Notes: generated from the sequence alone by a model not told the origin. 64,000 bases of DNA from an uncultured Coriobacteriia bacterium (GCA_948466335.1 CAOKAE010000002.1:28029-92028), one strand, 5' to 3'. Shown: positions 8,538 through 19,735, numbered from the stretch's first letter. Numbers and translations: made by a program.

Positions 8538-11199
8538 CTACTTCATATCCTGCCTCAAGCTCCCAAGCGCCTCTGCCTTGTTGCGCACGCCCATCTTCAT
8601 ATACACGCTCGAAAGGTACTTCTTGGCGGTATTGATGCTGATGGAAAGCGTGTCGGCTATCTCGTTGCGCGAGAATCCCATATTGAGCAAACGCAAAACC
8701 TCGGCCTCGCGCTCCGTCAACATGTATTCATCCTGCAGGAAGGCCACGTCTTCACTGGCCGACTTATGCCTGCCGGAAGCCTCGGCGTCGAAGAACTGCA
8801 GTATTTCCTTGACATAGCCTCTCAGAAAGCCACCCAGCTTGCGCGTAGCCGCATACTCCCGCACGAGTTTGCTCATGGGCCGACCGCCGTTCAATATGGA
8901 GCGCATATAGCCTTGCTGGCGGGCAATGAAGATAAGGTCGTTGAAGGAGATGATGGACTTCGTCTCCTCGCCGGCATCGTGAAGGGCCAGGGTTTTCTCA
9001 ACGAGTGAGATGACAACGATGCGATTGAAATCGTGTTCCTTGGCACGCACGATTACCTCATCGAGCAAGAGGACCGCTTTGACATTGTCACCTTGCAACT
9101 TGGGGGCAAAAGCGTGAATGGTATCCAGCAGCAGCGTGCCAAGAATATCTCGCTCTTTCAGACGAGGGGCGAATTTCCTCTCGATACGTTGCACTTCTCT
9201 CACGTCTTCTCGATAGAGGGCAATCTGCGCCTGAAGAAAGTAAGCCGAAAGAAGCGCCTCGCGGGGAACGTCGCGATATTTTTCGCCTTGCAGTATTGCT
9301 TCGGTAATCACCTCGAACGCCTTGGACGATTCTCCCGATGACAGATACCAGAGGGCGTGTGCCGCCATTATGTCGAGATACAAATCGATATGCCGATAAT
9401 AGAAGAGGTCTTGCTTGGAAATGCGCAGCAGTTCGGAAACGTGTTCCGTCTCCGCCCGTTCCATCAAGATGCGCGCCAGCAAAGCGCAAGTCGCCCCGTA
9501 GATGGAAAAATCGGGAGGGCATTTCCTGATGAGCAGTTCGCATCTCTGCTCCGCTTTATCGTGTTCGCCGTAATAGTAGAGATTGACGGCATAGGAGTAT
9601 TCGTTATAGACGAGCTGGTGTATCGTCTGACTCACGCTCGCGCTCGCCTGCGCCTTGAGGTAGTACTCCATCGCCTGGTCATAATCACCGATACTGGAGT
9701 AAGCCTCGCCTTCCGATTGATTGATCATGCTCAACAGCGAAGGGCTTATGGGCCACTCTCCGCTCTGCAGCTCCTCGCAAAGACGAAGCGCCTCCTCTCC
9801 TTCACCGCGCATTGCCAAGTACTTCATTTCAAGGCACTTCATGGAAAAGACGAGCGCATCGGGACCGGCGTCGCCAAGTGCCTTCTCGTCTTTGGCGAGT
9901 TTCTTGAAAACATCCATGTAGATGTCGGCGTCTTCCAAACGGGCAAAGGTCACGCACGACCACGTTGCCATAAGGCACAGGAAAGGATTTCCCGGAATCG
10001 ACGCGGCGGGCACTCGACACATCCACATAAGCGAGTCATCCGATTTGTCGGGCCGGGAAAGGCCGCTTGTGATTTCCACAAGTCCTTCGATGTAATCCAA
10101 GTCTCCCGACATCATGAGATACTTCACGGCGTCATCGGAACGTCTGTTCTCGTGAAACCACTCGCTGGCCTTGAGGCAGATTCCGCGCAGCTCGCTCATG
10201 TCGACCTGGGCCAGGCCGCAGCGCAGCACATCGAGAAACATGGGGTGCAGCCTATACCACTCGTTCTCATAGTCGCAATTCAAGATAAACGCATTGGAAT
10301 CAAGCAGGCCATTGAAGAGCTCGACCACGTCGTCTGACTCGAATGCGAATGCGAGGAGCGAACGATTGAAGCTCTCGAACAGGGAGGCGCGCGTGAGAAA
10401 GGCGACGTCTTCCTGGGACAATCCCGAGAGGACGTTGCAGGAGAAGAAGTCGCGAATGAGATTGCTCTTCCCATTCACGAGTGGCTCTACGCCGAGCTTC
10501 CTGTTGAGCATGGCGGCCTGGCTGCGCAACTTGATGCCCTGGATCCATCCTTCAGTCCCGTCGTATATCGCATCGACGAGCTCGGCGGAAACGCCCTCGC
10601 CACAGATGCCCCGAACGATGCCTTCGCTCTCTGCACGACTGAACGCGAGATCGCTTAATTCAAACCCGATGTCACCATATTTGAAGGAGGCAAGCTTGAG
10701 TCCACCCGACAGCTTTCTCGTGCTTGCCACAAAATGATACTCGGGGGGAAGCAGAGAGCAGAGGCGAAGGAAGTCTTCTATGAGCGAAGACGACGTTATG
10801 CACTCCAGGTCGTCGATGCACACGAAACGCTTGCGGCCCGTCTCATCTCGAAGAGAGAACGCGAGGTCGGCTAGTTTCGCAACATCGCCTGCCACGGGTT
10901 CGGAGGCGGCGTTGAAGCCCCCCCCCGTCGACGAGGGCACATATCAGATGGCTCCAAAACCATTCGCCTTCGGAAAGGGCCGAATCGGCGGTGAGCCAGC
11001 TTACCGCATGTCCCTCTTGTCTGAGCCTATCGGCGAGCTCCCGCATCGCCGTCGTCTTTCCGTAGCCATTTGGAGCGTGCAGGAACGTGATGCGCTGTGA
11101 GACAGCCGCATGATGCAGATTGTCCATGAGGGGACGACTGGCAACGAGATTCTGTGGCAAGTCTGGTTCGATGAGCCGCGCTCGAACGAATTGATCCAT
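8538..11199 (-). pseudogene. LAL/MalT-like LuxR-family regulator interrupted by a +1 frameshift in a G9 run
   Basis: The N-terminal P-loop part (MDQFVRARL...HAPNGYGKTTAM..., frame of ORF 10843-11454, ATG 11199) and the TPR-like plus C-terminal LuxR HTH part (ORF 8538-10940) align end to end with the intact paralog 19739-22423. The frames meet at 10918-10926. Confidence 0.8.
10918..10926. repeat. C9/G9 homopolymer at the frameshift point
   Basis: Read directly: gaag-ccccccccc-gtcg. G8 would fuse ...ICALVDGGG with FNAASEPVAG.... Confidence 0.95.
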
Positions 11200-11344
11200 T
11201 GGTTGCCCCCAGTCTCCGCCATGGATGCCCTCTGCAATGCGCATGGAACAATGGGGCAAGCTTTGCCAGCAGCGATGCCCGCGCAGCACATTATACGCGC
11301 AAAGGGGAAGGCGAGAAGCCGTTCGCCTCCCCTCTCTCGCGATG

Positions 11345-12841
11345 CTAAAACGCCGGCACTTCCAAATTTCGCCTGGCGGTGACCTTGTACATCTCCCTCC
11401 ACGGGTTGACGCGCTCGTAGGCGGCGCTTGCCGCAAGCAGGTCGAGCTCGCCATAACGTCTCGAGATCAGCTGCAAGCCGACGGGGAATCCGTCCTTTGA
11501 CAATCCCGCTGGAATGGACGCCGCCGGATTACCGGCGAAGTTGCAGAAGAAGGTGAGGCCGAAACCGCAAAGCGGATCGCTCTTCACCCCGCAGATCTGG
11601 GAGGGCCCGAGCGTGTTGCGATTGGGGTCGTTCTTGGGCGGATGACATGCGCTCGTGGGCGACAGAATGAGGTCGTAGGTCTGCAACGCTCCCTGGAGCT
11701 GGTCGAACACCTCGGTGCGAAGCATCTCGTCGTTATGGAAGTCGACGTAGCCGCGCTTGTACGAATCCTCGACCCACCAGATGAACTCGTCGGGCAGGTC
11801 ATCTGCATGGTCGCGCAGCAGGTCGATGCCCATCGCCTTGATCTCCTCGATCGAGCCGAGGCCACCGGAGATGGTGATCATGCGGCACCACGATTCGGCG
11901 AGTTCGAAGGCCGAGTGCTTGAAGTCGAAGGTTACGGGCTCCACGATGGCCCCGGCCTCCTCGAAGTGCTTGGCCGCCGCCTCGGTGATCTGGGCGATTT
12001 CGGGCTCGACGGGAAAGATGCCGAAGTCCGGCGTGAAGCCGATGCGCATCCCCGCAATGGGCCTGTCGAGGGCCGCGATGTAGTCGCGGTCTCCGAAGTC
12101 GATGCTGTTGGGGTCGAAGGGATCGTAGCCCGCCATCGCCTGCAGGGCGTAGGCGGCATCCTTCACGCCACGCGAGATGCTGCCGGCGAAGCAGTACGGA
12201 TGGCAGGTACCGTAGGCGTTGGGACGCGGAGCGCCGCCCACGGTGCCGTTTCCGGGCTTGAAGCCGTAGCAGCCGCACCAACCCGCGGGAATGCGGATGG
12301 ACCCGCCGCCATCGGAGCCTTCGGCGATGAGCAGCATGCCGTCACCGACGGCGGCTGCCGATCCTCCCGACGAGCCACCCGAGTTGTAGCCGGGCTTGAA
12401 CGGCGTGCTCGTGGGGCCGTACATCTTGTTGTCGGTCGTGCCCCGGAATGCGAACGACGGGGCGTTCGTCTTGCCGATCATGATCGCGCCCTCGTCGTTC
12501 ATGGCACCCGTGTAGCTGCCCCAGTGTTCGTCAACGAGATGCGCAAGGGCCTTGACGCCGCCGGTCGTCCCCGGCCAGCCGGGCACGCCGGGAATGAAGT
12601 CCTTGGCGGCGGTGGGGATGCCGAAGAACGTGCCGTGCGCCTCGCCGCGCGTGAGTTTGTCGTCTTCCTCGCGGGCCTTCGCGCGTGCCTCGTCGTAGTT
12701 GGTGTAGACGAAGGCGTTGATGGACGGATTGCGCTCGTCGATGGCCTTGATGGTCTCCTCCATCACCTCCGATGGCGAGACCTTCATGGCCTTGATGTCA
12801 TGGGCAAGGTCAACCGCACTCGTGTATTCGTCGCTAATCAT
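11345..12841 (-). CDS. amidase-signature (AS) family amidase, copy 1
   Basis: Contains [11 protein letters not shown] and the catalytic Lys context IPTAAKD. The start is set at MISDEYTS (ATG 12841) after AGGAGG, matching the paralog's start. Confidence 0.9.
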   Translation of the reverse strand: MISDEYTSAVDLAHDIKAMKVSPSEVMEETIKAIDERNPSINAFVYTNYDEARAKAREEDDKLTRGEAHGTFFGIPTAAKDFIPGVPGWPGTTGGVKALAHLVDEHWGSYTGAMNDEGAIMIGKTNAPSFAFRGTTDNKMYGPTSTPFKPGYNSGGSSGGSAAAVGDGMLLIAEGSDGGGSIRIPAGWCGCYGFKPGNGTVGGAPRPNAYGTCHPYCFAGSISRGVKDAAYALQAMAGYDPFDPNSIDFGDRDYIAALDRPIAGMRIGFTPDFGIFPVEPEIAQITEAAAKHFEEAGAIVEPVTFDFKHSAFELAESWCRMITISGGLGSIEEIKAMGIDLLRDHADDLPDEFIWWVEDSYKRGYVDFHNDEMLRTEVFDQLQGALQTYDLILSPTSACHPPKNDPNRNTLGPSQICGVKSDPLCGFGLTFFCNFAGNPAASIPAGLSKDGFPVGLQLISRRYGELDLLAASAAYERVNPWREMYKVTARRNLEVPAF

Positions 12842-12915
12842 CGAACCCTCCTTTGCGGAAATGGGGAACATCCCTCGTGACGAGTGACGCTACGATGCCT
12901 CGCTCGCCTCCTTGC

Positions 12916-12954
12916 AAAAAGAAGGGGCGCCCGACATCGTGTCTTGCGCCCCTT
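12916..12954 (-). terminator. intrinsic terminator between the Fe-S subunit gene and amidase copy 1
   Basis: Minus strand reads AAGGGGCGC-loop-GCGCCCCTT followed by CTTTTTG. Confidence 0.6.
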
Positions 12955-12972
12955 TCAAACACCGTGCCTTCG

Positions 12973-13746
12973 CTAGGCCGCCGGCACGTCGCCGATGTTC
13001 ACGTCGACTTGCGTCGCATCGGCATCGTAGGTCCTGGCATCCTTGCCGGACACCTGGTAGATGACCTGGTAAACAGCAGGCTCGACCTGGTCGAACATGA
13101 AGTCGCCGAACTCGTCGGTCTTTTGCTCGGCCACCGTGTTGCCGCTTGCGCTCACGAGCTTCACGTCGGCACCGATGACGACCTCGCGCTCGTCGAAGTC
13201 GACGACGCAGCCCGTGACGAACCTTTTGGGAAGGTTGCGGTACCAGATACGCGAGCCCGCGACAAGCTGCTCGGCGCCCTCGAGGTCAAGCTCGGCCACA
13301 TCGCCAAAGCGCAGCGCCTTGGTGGGGCAGGAGTCCACGCAGCGCGGAACTTCCCAGCCATCGTCGAGCAGGTGCGCGCAGCCCGTGCAGGTCTGCGGAA
13401 TCTGGAGCTCCTCGTTCCAGTAGACGCCCTCGAACTCGCAGAGGTCCTTGCGGCCCTTCGCCTTCTCGGGGTCGAGGTACATGAGACCGTCATCGCGCTG
13501 CACGGCGGCGTCGCCAGCAGCGGCGGCCAACGCGTCGCTCTGTCCGCCAATCTGCGGGACGTAGGTGATGCGCGTCTTGGGGACGGTTCCGCGGACCCTT
13601 TCCTCGACCTTGCACCAGAACTGGCCCGTCAGCGGCTGCTCGGCGGCGTAGGGTAGCCAATCCGTGCCGCAATGCTCGTCCTTGCAGGCAATCTGACAGT
13701 TCATGCAACCGTTGCACCTGGCAACGTCAATGAGAAATGCTTTCAT
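12973..13746 (-). CDS. [4Fe-4S] cluster subunit (BthL/DmsB-like) with C-terminal carboxypeptidase-regulatory-like beta-sandwich
   Basis: 257 aa. Cys clusters CNGCMNCQIACKDEHC and CTGCAH...CVDSCP. The C-terminal 80 aa (GCVVDFDEREVVIGADVKLVSASGNTVAEQKTDEFGDFMFDQVEPAVYQV) fits the CarboxypepD_reg pattern. The start is 3 nt after the alpha stop. Confidence 0.8.
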   Translation of the reverse strand: MKAFLIDVARCNGCMNCQIACKDEHCGTDWLPYAAEQPLTGQFWCKVEERVRGTVPKTRITYVPQIGGQSDALAAAAGDAAVQRDDGLMYLDPEKAKGRKDLCEFEGVYWNEELQIPQTCTGCAHLLDDGWEVPRCVDSCPTKALRFGDVAELDLEGAEQLVAGSRIWYRNLPKRFVTGCVVDFDEREVVIGADVKLVSASGNTVAEQKTDEFGDFMFDQVEPAVYQVIYQVSGKDARTYDADATQVDVNIGDVPAA

Positions 13747-13748
13747 CT

Positions 13749-16361
13749 CTACGCCTCCACAATCCAGCTATCGGGAATCTGGCCGAACTCGGGGTCGTAC
13801 GCACGTCCCCATTCCTCCGGACGTTCCTTCGCCATCTCGAGGACGTCGACCTTCTTCACGCCGACGAGGTAGCTGTTGGTCACCTCGCCCGCGCAGTTCT
13901 TCGACGTCGTGGCCGACGGGCAGATCAGGTTGTTGGCACCGCCACGATCCAGGCCGCCCACGCCGGTCTCTATCTCGTCCTCGCGGGCACCATGGTCCTG
14001 CGAGACGCAACCGGGCATGATACGCTCGGAGACGACGACGCCACCGAGGACGGCGCCACGCTCGTTGTAGAGCGCCGCGATGTCGCCATCGACCAGGCCG
14101 AGCTTCTTCGCATCTATCGGATTCACGTACAGCGGCTCGTACAGATAGCCATCGGGACCCGTGACCTTGCCCGTGCCAAACTCGTGGAACCAGGGGATGT
14201 CGTCATGGTTGGCATGCACGCGCCAACGCGGATGGTTGGTGACGAGCAGGAACGGATAGTCCTTGGCTCGTGGACTCGAGAGACGGTCGTCATGACCGTC
14301 AAGCGGCTCCTCGATCCAGCGCGCAACCGGGCCGCGGGCCGTGTCGTCGGGGAAGACCTGCGCAAGGGACTCGGAGTAGTACTCGATCAGGCCAGAGGGC
14401 GTGGAAAGCGGGTTGGCCACGGGATCCTCGTAGAAACCGATGAGGCCATGGGGCATGTCCTCCCAGTCCTCGCGCGTCGGGAACAGCTTGAAGCGGTCGG
14501 CCTTGAACTGCTCGAAATCGGCGGTTTCGCCATCCTCGATGCCGGACTCGCGGAAGCCCTTCTCGATCCAGCCCATGACGTCGCGTCCCTGGGTGTAGCG
14601 CTCGTACAGGTTCTCGTAGTTACCACCGAACTTCTCGAGCGCCTTGGCGACCGCGCACACGGCCTCGTAGTCGCTTCGGGTCTCGCCAATGGGATCGATG
14701 GCGCGACCCTCGTAGGCGATGGCGTTCCATTGGCCGCTTCTCACGTCGACGTTGAAGTCCTCGGTCTCGAACAGCGTGTTCGTGGGCAAGATGATATCGG
14801 CGAACTTGGTGTCGTTCTCGAACCAGGGATGCTGCACCAGGATGAAGTCGAGCTCGGGGTCGCGCATGGCCTCCTGGAAGACGTTACCGCCCTGCCAGCA
14901 ATTGGACCAGCAGGGGGCATCCGACCAGATCATGCGCACGCCCTTGCCCTCTTCCGGTTCCCACTCGAAGGGGATGAACTGGTCGACGGTCGCGATGCCG
15001 GCGATGACGTGGCCATGCCACTCGAGTTTCTTCTCGGTGATGGCCTTGGGGATGAGCGTCTTGGGAATGAACGGCTCGGAGAGGTCCATGGTCGCACCGC
15101 GATAGGCACCCTCGACGCTGGGAAGCACCGAACAGGAGGGAAGCGGGTTCCAGGTGGGCATGTCCATGAGCTGCCACTCGATCATCTGGAACTGGTTGAC
15201 ACCGGGCTGGCCCACGCCGCGCATGCCCAGCAGGTAGATCTCCATGCGCGCCGGCTCGTGCGAGAACGCCGCGCGGATGTAGCCGCCGCCGTTGCAATGG
15301 GCGACCGAGACCTTCCTGCTCGCCCAGTAACGTGCCAGGGCCTTGATGCGATAGTCGGGCACGCCGCACTTCTCGGCCGCCCATGCCGGCGTCTTCTCGA
15401 CGCCGTCATCGTCACGACCCATGACGTAGTCCTCGAACTTGTCGAAGCCCACGGAATGCGTGGCGACATAGTCCTTCTCGTAGGTACCCTCGGTAAGCCA
15501 CACGTGGGCGATGGCGAGCTGCAGGGCGACGTCGGTGTTGGGCAGGACGGGAATCCACTTGTCCGCGTGGATTGCCGCGCCGTAGTTGAGGTCGGGGCAC
15601 ACGTAGACCTGCTTGACGCCGATATCGGTGAACCAATACGAGATGAGGCTCGACATCTGGCCGCCCCAGCCCCATGGCGTGGTCTCGGGGTCGGCGCCCC
15701 ACATGAAGACGGCGTCCGTATGCTCGGCAATGTCCTTGATGACGTTGTTGGTGATGGTCTGCATACCGACGGGATCCATGCCCCAGACGTGCTTGGCTCC
15801 CCAGTACCAGCCCTCCCAGGAGTCCGGTTGGCGAGCCTGCTTGAGAAAGCCGCCCGTGAGCGCGAGGAGGTTGGTCTGGCAGCCGTGGGCCGCATGGACG
15901 GTCTTGGTCTCGCCGTGGCCGTCCGATTGCGCATAGATGGAGAACGGGCCGCACTCGTCCTGGATCCTCTTGATCTCGGCCGCGATGATGTCGCAGGCCT
16001 CGTCCCACGAGATGCGCTCGTACTTGGAGATGCCACGGTTCTGCGGATTGCGCTCGCCGTTGGGATCCCAGTCGACGCGCTTGAGGGGATACGGGATGCG
16101 GTTCTTCGAATAGGCGCGCATCTTGTACGCGGTGGCCAGCGGCGGCGGGCAGCTTGCCATGCCCGGCTCGAGGACGTGACCGTCCTTCTCGATCTTCCAG
16201 TAGTTCAGGTCCTCGGGCTTGTAGAGCTGGTCGTAGTGCAGCGGACGGATGCGCGCGACGCGCCCGTCCTTGACATCGACCTCGGTGATGTTGGCACCCA
16301 TGCCGAAGCCGCAAAAGCCGATGCACTTGATCACTGATTTGTCAGAGGTCTTTCTAGACAT
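13749..16361 (-). CDS. molybdopterin oxidoreductase large subunit, pyrogallol hydroxytransferase (AthL)-like; no FS0 cysteine motif, no Tat signal
   Basis: 870 aa. The N-terminus MSRKTSDKSVIKCIGFCGFG lacks Cx2Cx3C and RR. The block RIPYPLKRVDWDPNGERNPQNRG..YERISWDEACDIIAAEIKRI resembles AthL from memory. RBS is GAAGGAAAGGA. Confidence 0.8.
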   Translation of the reverse strand: MSRKTSDKSVIKCIGFCGFGMGANITEVDVKDGRVARIRPLHYDQLYKPEDLNYWKIEKDGHVLEPGMASCPPPLATAYKMRAYSKNRIPYPLKRVDWDPNGERNPQNRGISKYERISWDEACDIIAAEIKRIQDECGPFSIYAQSDGHGETKTVHAAHGCQTNLLALTGGFLKQARQPDSWEGWYWGAKHVWGMDPVGMQTITNNVIKDIAEHTDAVFMWGADPETTPWGWGGQMSSLISYWFTDIGVKQVYVCPDLNYGAAIHADKWIPVLPNTDVALQLAIAHVWLTEGTYEKDYVATHSVGFDKFEDYVMGRDDDGVEKTPAWAAEKCGVPDYRIKALARYWASRKVSVAHCNGGGYIRAAFSHEPARMEIYLLGMRGVGQPGVNQFQMIEWQLMDMPTWNPLPSCSVLPSVEGAYRGATMDLSEPFIPKTLIPKAITEKKLEWHGHVIAGIATVDQFIPFEWEPEEGKGVRMIWSDAPCWSNCWQGGNVFQEAMRDPELDFILVQHPWFENDTKFADIILPTNTLFETEDFNVDVRSGQWNAIAYEGRAIDPIGETRSDYEAVCAVAKALEKFGGNYENLYERYTQGRDVMGWIEKGFRESGIEDGETADFEQFKADRFKLFPTREDWEDMPHGLIGFYEDPVANPLSTPSGLIEYYSESLAQVFPDDTARGPVARWIEEPLDGHDDRLSSPRAKDYPFLLVTNHPRWRVHANHDDIPWFHEFGTGKVTGPDGYLYEPLYVNPIDAKKLGLVDGDIAALYNERGAVLGGVVVSERIMPGCVSQDHGAREDEIETGVGGLDRGGANNLICPSATTSKNCAGEVTNSYLVGVKKVDVLEMAKERPEEWGRAYDPEFGQIPDSWIVEA

Positions 16362-16426
16362 CGTGTGTCCTTTCCTTCAAACGCCGAGCGCGCCCATCCG
16401 CCGGGAACAGGCACGCTCGATTACCT

Positions 16427-17908
16427 TTAGAGCATGCGGTTCTTCGTGACTTCGTACGTAGACGCCCACGGATTGACGCGCTCGTACGCGGCACTCGCCG
16501 CCAGAAGGTCGAGCTCGCCATAGCGGTTGCCGATGAGCTGGAGTCCGACCGGGAAGCCTTCCTCGGAAAGCCCCGCCGGAATGGACGCCGCCGGATTGCC
16601 CGTGAAGTTGCAGAAGAACGTGAGGCAAAAGCCGATGAGCTGTTCGGCCTTCACGCCGTTTATCTCCTTGGGGCCGACGGTGTTCCAACCCGGATCGTTC
16701 TTGACGGGATGGCAGGCACAGGTGGGTGACAGAATGAGGTCGTAGTTCTGGAACGCACCCTGTATCTGGTCGAACACCTCGGTGCGAATCACCTCGTCAT
16801 CGTGGAAGTCCACGTAGCCATGCTTGTATGCATCCTCGACCCAATAGATGAGCTCGGGAGGCAGGTCATCCGCATGGTCGCGCAGCAAGTCGATGCCGCC
16901 GGCCTTGAACTCCTCGATGGTGCCCAGGCCACCCGAAATCGTGATCATGCGATCCCAGGCCTCGGCGAGCTCGAAGGCCGAGCGCTTGAAGTCGAAGGTC
17001 ACGGGCTCCACGATGGCACCAGCGTCCTCGAACTTGGCCGCGGCCGCCTCGCACATGGCCGCAACCTCGGGGTCGACGGGGAAGATGCCGAAGTCCGGCG
17101 TGAAGCCGATGCGCATGCCCTTGACGGGCTTGTCGAGGGCCGCGACATAATCGCGGTCTCCGAAGTCGATGCTGTTGGGATCGAAAGGGTCGTATCCCGC
17201 CATCGCCTGCAGGGCGTAGGCGGCGTCCTTCACGGTGCGCGAAATCGTGCCATCCCAGCAATAGGGATGGCAGGTGCCGTAGGCGTTGGGACGCGGAGCG
17301 CCGCCGATGACGCCGTTGCCCGCCTTGAAGCCGTAGCAGCCACACCACGCGGCGGGAATGCGAATGGACCCGCCTCCGTCCGTTCCTTCGGCGATGAGCA
17401 GGATGCCGTCACCGACGGCGGCTGCCGACCCTCCCGACGAGCCGCCCGAGTTGTAGCCGGGCTTGAACGGCGTGCTCGTGGGACCGAACATCTTGTTGTC
17501 GCAGGTACCGCGAAACGCGAGCGCCGGCGAATTGGTCTTGCCGATCATGATCGCGCCCTCGTCGTTCATGGCACCCGTGTAGCTGCCCCAATGGTCGTCG
17601 ACCATATGCGAAAGCGCCTTGATGCCTCCAAATGTTCCGGGCCAACCGGGCACGCCGGGGATGAAGTCCTTGGCGGCGGTGGGGATGCCGAAGAACGCTC
17701 CCTTCGCCTCGCCGCGGACGAGCTTGTCATCCTCGCCCTTGGCCTTTGCGCGGGCCTCGTCGTAGTTGGTGTAGACGAAGGCGTTTATGGACGGATTGCG
17801 CTCGTCGATGGCCTTGATGGTCTCCTCGACGACCTCGGACGGGGCAATCTTCTTTTTCTTGATATCTGACGCCAGGTCTACGGCGCTCGAGTACTCGTCA
17901 GTAATCAT
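16427..17908 (-). CDS. amidase-signature (AS) family amidase, copy 2
   Basis: 493 aa with [11 protein letters not shown]. Roughly four fifths of positions match copy 1 in an alignment by eye. Confidence 0.9.
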   Translation of the reverse strand: MITDEYSSAVDLASDIKKKKIAPSEVVEETIKAIDERNPSINAFVYTNYDEARAKAKGEDDKLVRGEAKGAFFGIPTAAKDFIPGVPGWPGTFGGIKALSHMVDDHWGSYTGAMNDEGAIMIGKTNSPALAFRGTCDNKMFGPTSTPFKPGYNSGGSSGGSAAAVGDGILLIAEGTDGGGSIRIPAAWCGCYGFKAGNGVIGGAPRPNAYGTCHPYCWDGTISRTVKDAAYALQAMAGYDPFDPNSIDFGDRDYVAALDKPVKGMRIGFTPDFGIFPVDPEVAAMCEAAAAKFEDAGAIVEPVTFDFKRSAFELAEAWDRMITISGGLGTIEEFKAGGIDLLRDHADDLPPELIYWVEDAYKHGYVDFHDDEVIRTEVFDQIQGAFQNYDLILSPTCACHPVKNDPGWNTVGPKEINGVKAEQLIGFCLTFFCNFTGNPAASIPAGLSEEGFPVGLQLIGNRYGELDLLAASAAYERVNPWASTYEVTKNRML

Positions 17909-18030
17909 GGTTTCGCTCTTTTCTAAACGAATCCGACCCCTAGCATGGTCACTAGGAACACGTCAGGGGTCGGAACTTTCGAACTATTCGCGAGCTGTCA
18001 CCCGACAGCTTCGTCCGTACGGGCCTCTTG

Positions 18031-19440
18031 CTATGCCAGACCCATGGCGGTGCAGACGAGGGGCAGGACGATGGAGACCATCAGGATGGCCGCGATGCTG
18101 GGAATCCAGCCCACCTTGAGCTCGTCAAAGGGCGAGAAGTACTTGCGTTCGCTTGCGTAGGCAACGTACACGCAGAGATCCAACGGCAGCAGGAACGCCG
18201 CGGAGGAGAACACCGCGCACATGAAGATGGCGGCGGTGACGTTGCCACCCAGGCTGATGACCAGGCCGCAGACGGGAATCGTGATCAGACCGGCAACGGC
18301 CGCACCGGCGGGAAGGATGTTGTGGATGACGCAGGCAAAGGCGGCGACGAGAATCATCACGACAACCACGGGCAGGCCCAGGAGAGGAGCAAAGGCCGTG
18401 TTGACCAGCCAGACCATGGCACCCGTCGCGATGAAGCCCGCGACGAAGCAGCCGACGGCCCAGTTGAGCATGACGACCGACCAGGGGCTTTCGTCACACC
18501 ACTTCTTGAAGGAAACGCACTTGAAGGGCGGAAGGAACATCAGGAACAGGGCGAAGAGACCGATGACCGTCATGTCGAGCTGCGGGACCCAGGAACCGGC
18601 AATCCACAGGCCCAGGGTCACGACGATGACGAGCATGCCCCAGATCTCGTCCTTGCCAAAGCCGGAGATCTCCGCGCGCTCCTTCTGGATGCGCTCGATG
18701 GCCTCGTCGCTGATGGGCTCGGGCTTGAAGATCTTGACGATGACGAACCAAGAAAGGGGCAGGAGGATGATGTTCATGATGATGCCCAGGACCATCCAGT
18801 TCGCGAACGTCACCGTGATGCCAAACGCCTGCTCGGCAAAGCCCATGGCAAGGATGTTCACGACGCTGCCGACGGGGGTGATCCAACCGCCGATGTAGGA
18901 CGCGAACGCGATGCCAAGCACGAGTGCCTTGGCCAAGTTGGACTTGTTGCCCCACGGGGTCTTGTTCTCGTCCAAAATCCTGTACGCGAACGGGAGCATG
19001 ACCAGAACGAGAACGAGGTCATCGATGATGAGCGAAAGGAGCGCCGTGGCGAGCATCAGGCCCGCGAGCACCTTCTTGGAATCGTTCTTGGCCCACTTCA
19101 GGATGAACGCGATGATGCGCAGCGAGATGCTGGAATACTGCACGAACAGGGCAAACGCGAAGCAGGGCAGGCAGACGATCATGGCCACGCTTACGCCGCT
19201 CATCCATGTCTCGTTCGAAGACAGGATTCCCATCAAGGGTACGGCGGCGGCAAAGGCCCACGCCGTCACCACGATGGGGATGGGCTCGCAGATCCACATG
19301 ACAACACAGGCGACCAGAATGCCCAGCAGCATCTTTCCCTCGAATGCAAGGCCTTCTGGAGTCGGAATCAGGAACGTGATGATGACGATGAGAATGGAAA
19401 TTGCGGTAATTCCCACTTTGAAAGGCAGTTTCTCCCTCAT
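18031..19440 (-). CDS. anion permease of the DASS/ArsB-NhaD (ion transporter) superfamily
   Basis: 469 aa and hydrophobic throughout with many TM helices. RBS is GAGGAGGG. The family call rests on overall pattern only. Confidence 0.6.
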   Translation of the reverse strand: MREKLPFKVGITAISILIVIITFLIPTPEGLAFEGKMLLGILVACVVMWICEPIPIVVTAWAFAAAVPLMGILSSNETWMSGVSVAMIVCLPCFAFALFVQYSSISLRIIAFILKWAKNDSKKVLAGLMLATALLSLIIDDLVLVLVMLPFAYRILDENKTPWGNKSNLAKALVLGIAFASYIGGWITPVGSVVNILAMGFAEQAFGITVTFANWMVLGIIMNIILLPLSWFVIVKIFKPEPISDEAIERIQKERAEISGFGKDEIWGMLVIVVTLGLWIAGSWVPQLDMTVIGLFALFLMFLPPFKCVSFKKWCDESPWSVVMLNWAVGCFVAGFIATGAMVWLVNTAFAPLLGLPVVVVMILVAAFACVIHNILPAGAAVAGLITIPVCGLVISLGGNVTAAIFMCAVFSSAAFLLPLDLCVYVAYASERKYFSPFDELKVGWIPSIAAILMVSIVLPLVCTAMGLA

Positions 19441-19675
19441 CTTTTCCCTCCTCTATAACCGAATTCAACAGATTCTTGGTGAGCACCCATAGCCAAGATC
19501 CTTCCTCACCAAACGCCTCTTACGGCACAAGCGACAGGTGATGCGGCGAAACCTGGCCGATGATCTCTCCCCTCCCCTCGGGGTGTCTCAGGCTTTCCGA
19601 AAGACGCATGGAGCACGTCCGGCAACCCGCTCCGATGCACGTCCACGGACGAGCATATAGAGCGGGCAGAGGAGC

Positions 19676-19735
19676 AAAAACGCCTTATCCGTACCAAAAG
19701 ACGGGATAAGCGCACGGGTAGTGTGCGGGGTACCG
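19676..19735 (-). promoter_or_regulatory. second copy of the 60-nt element with three phased GGG(A)TA boxes
   Basis: Contains AAAAACGCCTTATC..TACCAAA. Boxes end at TA 19707-08, 19719-20 and 19731-32. It lies between the LuxR stop (19739) and the permease start (19440). Confidence 0.5.

Noticed and set aside
10843-11454. 203-aa ORF treated as an independent gene
   Set aside because: Only residues from MDQFVRARL (ATG 11199) onward are homologous to the paralogous regulator's N-terminus. The ORF is the 5' half of the frameshifted regulator, and its upstream extension overlaps the amidase 3' region.
13749-16361. Tat signal, selenocysteine or respiratory membrane anchor for the Mo enzymes
   Set aside because: No RR-x-F-L-K-like leader appears at either plausible N-terminus. 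There is no in-frame TGA, and no adjacent polytopic NrfD/DmsC-like gene.
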